NCBI GenBank assembly: GCA_020723065.1
Contig: DYJP01000003.1
Coordinates: 195 to 64,194 of the forward strand
Direction of reading: 5' to 3'
DNA length: 64,000 bases
Source of the DNA: Candidatus Micrarchaeum sp.
Lineage (GTDB): Archaea > Micrarchaeota > Micrarchaeia > CABMEP01
Each line of letters begins with the position of its first letter. The first letter of the stretch is position 1. Positions 58,963 to 64,000 of the stretch are shown here, in pieces. The notes beneath the pieces were generated by a model. The model did no database searches and was not told the origin of the DNA. It worked only from the letters and a program-made list of their open reading frames with translations. The translations under genes and the position numbers were made by a program.

Positions 58963-59760
58963 ATGAATTTTAATTTCAACAATCAGGACCGCCAAATTAA
59001 CAAGAAACTGCTTTTCAAGCTTACTGATAAGGAAAGATTAATCTACGAAAAGCTCAAAAAGGAAGTCCTGACTGAAAAGATAGTAATACAAATAGGCCAG
59101 AAGTTCTCCGGCCTAGACTACAACAGCATCACCCCTGAAACAGTAAACACCACATTCAGGGAAATAAAGGCCAATTCAGTTATCTGGCAGAGAAAGATAG
59201 ACATATCGAACGACGTGCTGACTGCGATAAAAAAATCGGACGCAAACATGAAAATGCTGCTTAAAATATTTTTCGAAAACGAAAGCAAGAATACAATAAT
59301 AGAGCCGAACTGGTACGTAATAAACGTGTTGCATTCCACACTTGGAATAGACTTCATTTCATTGAACCAGAAAAAGGCGGCATGGCTCAATTCTCTTCCC
59401 TTGAAGCAGAGATACTCATCCGAATGGGAGCTTGTCGAGCCGCTTCTCTACATGCTTGAAACAGACGAAGGAAAGACGCTGATCGACCATCTTTACAAAT
59501 GCAAGACTAACATCTGCAGATGCAAAAAAGGGAAAAGGGGCCTCAATGCACTCATAGCAAAAACAGAAGAGCTTAGCAAGGAGCTTGAAGAACAGTATAA
59601 AATCTCCAATATAATGATAAAGGAGGATGCTAACTCTGTATCTAAATTTATAAGAAAAATAATGAATGTTTACCATGTCACCAATATGATCTACTACATT
59701 AACAAGAAAGAGAATCAACTGTCAGAACTGACAGAAACCCATGAAATAAAGGAAGGATAA
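58963..59760 (+). CDS. Hypothetical protein
   Basis: 265 aa AT-rich ORF downstream of tRNA-Ile; no family recognised. Confidence 0.7.
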   Translation: MNFNFNNQDRQINKKLLFKLTDKERLIYEKLKKEVLTEKIVIQIGQKFSGLDYNSITPETVNTTFREIKANSVIWQRKIDISNDVLTAIKKSDANMKMLLKIFFENESKNTIIEPNWYVINVLHSTLGIDFISLNQKKAAWLNSLPLKQRYSSEWELVEPLLYMLETDEGKTLIDHLYKCKTNICRCKKGKRGLNALIAKTEELSKELEEQYKISNIMIKEDANSVSKFIRKIMNVYHVTNMIYYINKKENQLSELTETHEIKEG

Positions 59761-59915
59761 AACATATCTCTGCTTTTCATAGAAAAAAACATACTGGTTT
59801 AAACTGATTGCGTTAGAAAAAGAGAATTGGGCGGGTAATCTGTGGGAGGTTGTGCCCCGCCCAGGAGTATAATAGGGTTAACGGTCAATTAACCCCTGTT
59901 TCGCCTCGCTTTACC

Positions 59916-60422
59916 TCAAAGTGCCTCGCTTGAATTTTGATTAGGATGAACGAAATAAATGACCTTTCCTGCCCTCTGCTTCACTAGATTACCTAATGAA
60001 GCTAGCTTGTTGAGCCTTGCGGATGCAGCGTTCCTTCCCTTGTAAGAGAATTCCTTCTGCACGGTCTCTGCGGAAGTCGGTCCGTGTTCCTTTATGTAGT
60101 TAATGATTTTCTGATCAATTGATGAGAGCAAAGGCGCTGGCGCTGCTTTGGAGGGCACAGTGCCAACGCTGCTGAACTTTTGTTCCATCTGCTTCAATCT
60201 ATCCTCTAGCTGGTCGAGCCTCGCATAGATATTCTTTAATAATCTGTTAGTGTTCTCTTTCTCCCTTACGGAAAGATACATGAGTGAGGCGTGGACGGTG
60301 GGGTCTCTGAGCTTGGAGATCTCTCTTTCAAGCGCTGCTATTTCCTCGTTTGCCTCTTTGTTGAAGTTAGCAACCTTGTACTCAAGGGTGTTTTCAATTT
60401 CCTTGTCGTTTGATGATCCCAT
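59916..60422 (-). CDS. Coiled-coil plus C-terminal winged-HTH regulator
   Basis: LSSIDQKIINYI..HG..SAE.V...YKGRNAASARLNKL...G.LVKQRAGK. Confidence 0.78.
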   Translation of the reverse strand: MGSSNDKEIENTLEYKVANFNKEANEEIAALEREISKLRDPTVHASLMYLSVREKENTNRLLKNIYARLDQLEDRLKQMEQKFSSVGTVPSKAAPAPLLSSIDQKIINYIKEHGPTSAETVQKEFSYKGRNAASARLNKLASLGNLVKQRAGKVIYFVHPNQNSSEAL

Positions 60423-60553
60423 GTTCCCACTTGTTCTTGGATGGCGTCCTTGTCGAAGGTACATTCGACCGCATTTCCGCCTTGTCGCCCACACCGGAAG
60501 CTTTTTAAGCCCATATGAGCAATATACTACTTGTTTATCAATCAGACACATAT

Positions 60554-60606
60554 TGTGATTCTATCACATGTGTCATGATACTATCATGACAGTTAATATT
60601 TATAAA
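60554..60606 (-). promoter_or_regulatory. Tandem palindromic operator (TGAT-N3-ATCA twice) downstream of a TATA box
   Basis: TGTGAT-TCT-ATCACA (60554-60568); perfect TGTCATGATA-C-TATCATGACA (60571-60591); minus-strand TTTATAAAT at about 60598-60606. Confidence 0.6.
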
Positions 60607-60747
60607 CCTTCTCTTTCTGTTTTACGTCGAAACTAATTTTTGACATGTTCTAATTGCTCAAACAAGTCGGATCCAATCATGTCTAGATTAAGTTATAAAC
60701 AACAAAATAAAAGAAAAGATTTAAAAAATCGGGAAATAAATAAGATT

Positions 60748-61311
60748 ATGGCCAAAGATGTCAACGAAAAAAAAAGCGACAATAAGACAATAGAATGCAT
60801 AATCAACATACGAACGGCATTCCAAAAATATGAAATAAAGGATCTCAGAGACATAACTAAACAATGCGAAAAATATGTACTAGTAGATGAACAGCTTTTC
60901 TTTCATTCCGCACTTCTCGCATATATTCTTTCTAAAATACTTCAAAAATCAAGATACAGGACGCCCGACCTGTATCAAAAGGTAATAATCAAGTTAAATG
61001 AAGGGGTAGAATTCGCAAAGAAGAGCGATGAGATTTCTCTTCTTAGAACAATAGATGACCTGCTCACGTACATCACTGATTTTGATGAACATAACAAAAG
61101 ATATATTATAGGCCTAATTGAAAAAGGAAGAACCAAGATAGCGGCAAGTCTTTATGCACAGGGACTTTCATTAAGCAGAGTAATCTCAATCACGGGAGCG
61201 CAAAAGCAGGAAGTTCTCAATTATTCAGGAAAAACGGTGATGTCCGACAGAGTCGGAAAGACCATCGGAGCAAAGGAGAGGTTAAAAAATGCAAAGGAAA
61301 TCATCGAATAA
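60748..61311 (+). CDS. Hypothetical protein with C-terminal HTH-like segment, overlapping the PIN gene
   Basis: ASLYAQGLSLSRVISITG....VLNYSG. Confidence 0.72.
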   Translation: MAKDVNEKKSDNKTIECIINIRTAFQKYEIKDLRDITKQCEKYVLVDEQLFFHSALLAYILSKILQKSRYRTPDLYQKVIIKLNEGVEFAKKSDEISLLRTIDDLLTYITDFDEHNKRYIIGLIEKGRTKIAASLYAQGLSLSRVISITGAQKQEVLNYSGKTVMSDRVGKTIGAKERLKNAKEIIE

Positions 61312-62038
61312 AATCCAGCCAAAAATCGGTAGTGAATTCAACTACGATACAGAATATATAGGAAAAAAGAAATTCGATCCGAGATCAGTAGTCTGCGATG
61401 CATCCTCTCTAATAGCACTTACAGACACGGGGCTCCTTGGGGCCCTCGTCATGATAGAGTCCAAGATGAAAGGAAACTTGCTGATAACCAAAGGCGTCAT
61501 AGACGAATCAGTCAACACCCCAATAAAAAGGCCCGAATATGCATTTTCTGCAATAAGGATAAAAAGGGCACTCAAATCCGGATTGTTCGAAATAATCGAC
61601 TACGACCTAAACACTTACGACAGGATACTTAGGGCCACCAACAACATGTTCTATACCGACCGGCCGTTTCATCTGGTGAATCATGGAGAAGCAGAGATGC
61701 TTGCGGCGGCACTCGACAATAGGATTAACTATGTACTAATGGACGAAAGGACCACTAGAATGCTCATAGAATCCCCGCTTGAACTAAAAAAACACCTTGA
61801 AAACGAATTCAGGATAAGGATAAATGTCAATCAGGAATTTTTTGACGACTTCAAGCGCCTGACTGATGGAATAAAAGTGATACGCAGCACCGAGATACTC
61901 GCAATAGCAAAAGAACACGGCTATTTCCACAAATTCCAAGATATGGAAAGAGAAGCCTACAAAGCCGCTCTTTATGCGCTGAAATTCAATGGCTGTTCCA
62001 TAAGCTACGAAGAAATAGAAGAGCTGGCAAAGCAATAA
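61289..62038 (+). CDS. PIN-domain protein
   Basis: VVCDASSLI, VIDES, GEAEMLA, LMDERTTR. Confidence 0.8.
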   Translation: MQRKSSNKIQPKIGSEFNYDTEYIGKKKFDPRSVVCDASSLIALTDTGLLGALVMIESKMKGNLLITKGVIDESVNTPIKRPEYAFSAIRIKRALKSGLFEIIDYDLNTYDRILRATNNMFYTDRPFHLVNHGEAEMLAAALDNRINYVLMDERTTRMLIESPLELKKHLENEFRIRINVNQEFFDDFKRLTDGIKVIRSTEILAIAKEHGYFHKFQDMEREAYKAALYALKFNGCSISYEEIEELAKQ

Positions 62039-62117
62039 AATGACAGAAACCGGCTGGTGAATTGTTTCTAGATTCTCTTAAGGATTACCGGAAGGACGCA
62101 AGGGAAAAAATTAATAA

Positions 62118-62831
62118 ATGAGGCAACAGACTTATTCTATGACACCAGAAGCGGACAGAAGAATAGAGCAATCTTCAGTCAGGGAATTCTCGGGAGAAAA
62201 AAGAATCGAGATATACCTTGACAGCAGAGAGATAGCCGAACTCAAGGAAGAAATAGAAAAGCAAGGCGTAGTCGTGAACGTCAAGCAGCTTGATCTCGGA
62301 GATGCCTTGATATCCAACAAAATGATAATAGAACGAAAGACGACCAGCGATTTCGAATCAAGCATCATAGATGGAAGGTTGTTCGAGCAGGCGGGCAGGA
62401 TGTCCGAAAATTATGAAACTGCGATATTAATATTGGAAGGCCCAATGAGAGCGAACAGGATAAGGCAGAACGCATTCATGGGAGCCTACCTCTCCCTGAT
62501 TACTGATTTCGGACTGCACATTATAAACTCCAAAGATATGAATGAAACAGCGCATTATATCTATCTTCTTGCGAAAAGAGAACAAATTCAGGAGAAAAGG
62601 CCAATAAGACTTCTTGCGAAACGAAAAGCATACGACGAGACGAGTCTAAGGCTCAGGGTGATAGAATCATTTCCGCACATAGGCCCAACAACCGCAAAGA
62701 AGCTCATGGACCAATACGATACGCTTGAAAAAATATTTAATTCAGATATAAAGGAACTTGAAAGCGTGATAGGCAAGGCAAAAGCGAGGGAAATGCACTC
62801 CCTTATACACAAAAAAATCATGAAAAAATAG
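62118..62831 (+). CDS. ERCC4-domain (short XPF-type) endonuclease with HhH
   Basis: DSRE, LDLGD, IIERKT..DF..SIIDGRLFEQ, PHIGP. Confidence 0.92.
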   Translation: MRQQTYSMTPEADRRIEQSSVREFSGEKRIEIYLDSREIAELKEEIEKQGVVVNVKQLDLGDALISNKMIIERKTTSDFESSIIDGRLFEQAGRMSENYETAILILEGPMRANRIRQNAFMGAYLSLITDFGLHIINSKDMNETAHYIYLLAKREQIQEKRPIRLLAKRKAYDETSLRLRVIESFPHIGPTTAKKLMDQYDTLEKIFNSDIKELESVIGKAKAREMHSLIHKKIMKK

Positions 62832-62838
62832 TGAAAAG

Positions 62839-64000
62839 ATGATAAAGGGAAAGGCAACACTTCTTAACATACTCTACGAAAAAACAAAATTCTTCAAATC
62901 AGTAGACATAAATGAAAAGATGGATGGCGCAACTCCTCCGTCGGTATTCATCGGCAGCTTCGGCTATCCGAAAGTTTTCATAGGGCCGATGACACCTCCG
63001 ATCCATGGAAACACCGAAATGCTTGACGCCCCAGAAAAATGGTTGAGTAGGATGAACACTCCGGAGGAAATCGCAGAACTTAGGCTCAAACTTGTTAGAG
63101 GCAAAAGAACAGTCCACGTAAAAGAAGATAGCAGATTCGTAGACGGAATAAGGGACATCGCGCTCGCAAAGCAATCTACCGAAATGGAAATTGAATTCAG
63201 CAAGAAGCCGACCGGCGGCTTCTTCCACGAGGAGCTTCAGCCGTTTGGACCTTCCGCACCGATAAAGAGCTGGAGAATAGAATCCGGAAGATACGACGAA
63301 AAGATAGAGAAGGCGTACTACGACACCGACCTTAAGAGCTCTGACGCGATAATGGAATTGTATAAAGCCGGAACTGCAGTATCAGTAATCCAGAGAGCGC
63401 TCAGCGTAGGCGCGTTCGGACTTAAGAATAACAGAAAACTCGTGCCAACGAAATGGGCGATAACCGCGGTGGATAGCAACATAAGCGAAACACTGCTCAA
63501 GGACGTAAGGGAATTCCCGGTCCTTGAGGAGTACAGAGTCTACGAATGCGAGCACATGCGCAACAAGTTCGTCATAATATTCATACCTCAGCAGTGGAGC
63601 TACGAGTCAATGGAAGCGTTTTACAATGCGGAAGGAACGAGTGCAACAATTTTCAGTGACTATGAAATGTACCACAAGAAGAAGGAGTATGCATCGATAG
63701 GCGGATGCTACTACTCAATAAGAAGCACAGTAGCCGCCCTGCTGATAAAAGAAAGGAAGCAAGCGGCTGTAATAATCCTGCGGGAAGCGTATAAAGATTA
63801 CATTCCGCTCGGAGTGTGGCTCACGCGCGAATGCACAAAACTTGCCCTGGAAGGAAAACCTATGGTTTTCCAAACCATTAAGGAGACCCTGAACTACGCC
63901 GGAACAAAGCTGACCGTCCCGATGAAAAGATGGATAGAGGAAAGCAATCTCCTGAAGACCATGGCAAGCAAAGGGATACAGACAAGTCTGAACTCCTTCT
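62839..64000 (+). CDS. nreA: Nre-family (DUF650) DNA repair protein; stop beyond the window (not in ORF track)
   Basis: Hand translation: GATPPSVFIGSFGYPKVFIGPM, PFGPSAP, RKLVPTKWAITAVD, GGCYY, PLGVW; ends in PIP-like QTSLNSF. Confidence 0.92.
   Translation, partial: MIKGKATLLNILYEKTKFFKSVDINEKMDGATPPSVFIGSFGYPKVFIGPMTPPIHGNTEMLDAPEKWLSRMNTPEEIAELRLKLVRGKRTVHVKEDSRFVDGIRDIALAKQSTEMEIEFSKKPTGGFFHEELQPFGPSAPIKSWRIESGRYDEKIEKAYYDTDLKSSDAIMELYKAGTAVSVIQRALSVGAFGLKNNRKLVPTKWAITAVDSNISETLLKDVREFPVLEEYRVYECEHMRNKFVIIFIPQQWSYESMEAFYNAEGTSATIFSDYEMYHKKKEYASIGGCYYSIRSTVAALLIKERKQAAVIILREAYKDYIPLGVWLTRECTKLALEGKPMVFQTIKETLNYAGTKLTVPMKRWIEESNLLKTMASKGIQTSLNSF

Noticed and set aside
58843..59915. Integrated element at tRNA-Ile
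   Set aside because: No integrase and no duplicated tRNA 3' end (att site) found.

Overview
Core-genome region of an archaeon. DPANN-like, most consistent with a Micrarchaeota-type lineage because PriS and PriL are separate genes; this taxonomy is inference. It carries the uL3-to-secY/adk/cmk ribosomal superoperon, PolD (DP1 plus intein-containing DP2), an intein-containing MCM, and the priL-priS-gins-eL42-eS27-aIF2a-Nop10-PAC2 cluster. Also present: cysS, metG, four tRNAs, an RNase P RNA, rubrerythrin/desulfoferrodoxin, repair genes, two pseudogenes and several orphans. Main points of interest: (1) bacterial-type MEP isoprenoid genes dxs and dxr, 27 kb apart, with archaeal-type expression signals; (2) the DXS has a remodelled acceptor pocket (DRAG->NNAG, Y->H, H->Q, R->K); (3) the tRNA-Arg and tRNA-Cys introns are homologous copies of an inverted double-hairpin, REPIN-like element that builds its own BHB splice motif; (4) several unannotated structured RNA candidates and a compact type-M-like RNase P RNA. 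Genes missing from the ORF track (dxs, uS14, Nop10, eS27, NreA) were translated by hand. All product calls rest on motif recognition; no database searches were run.
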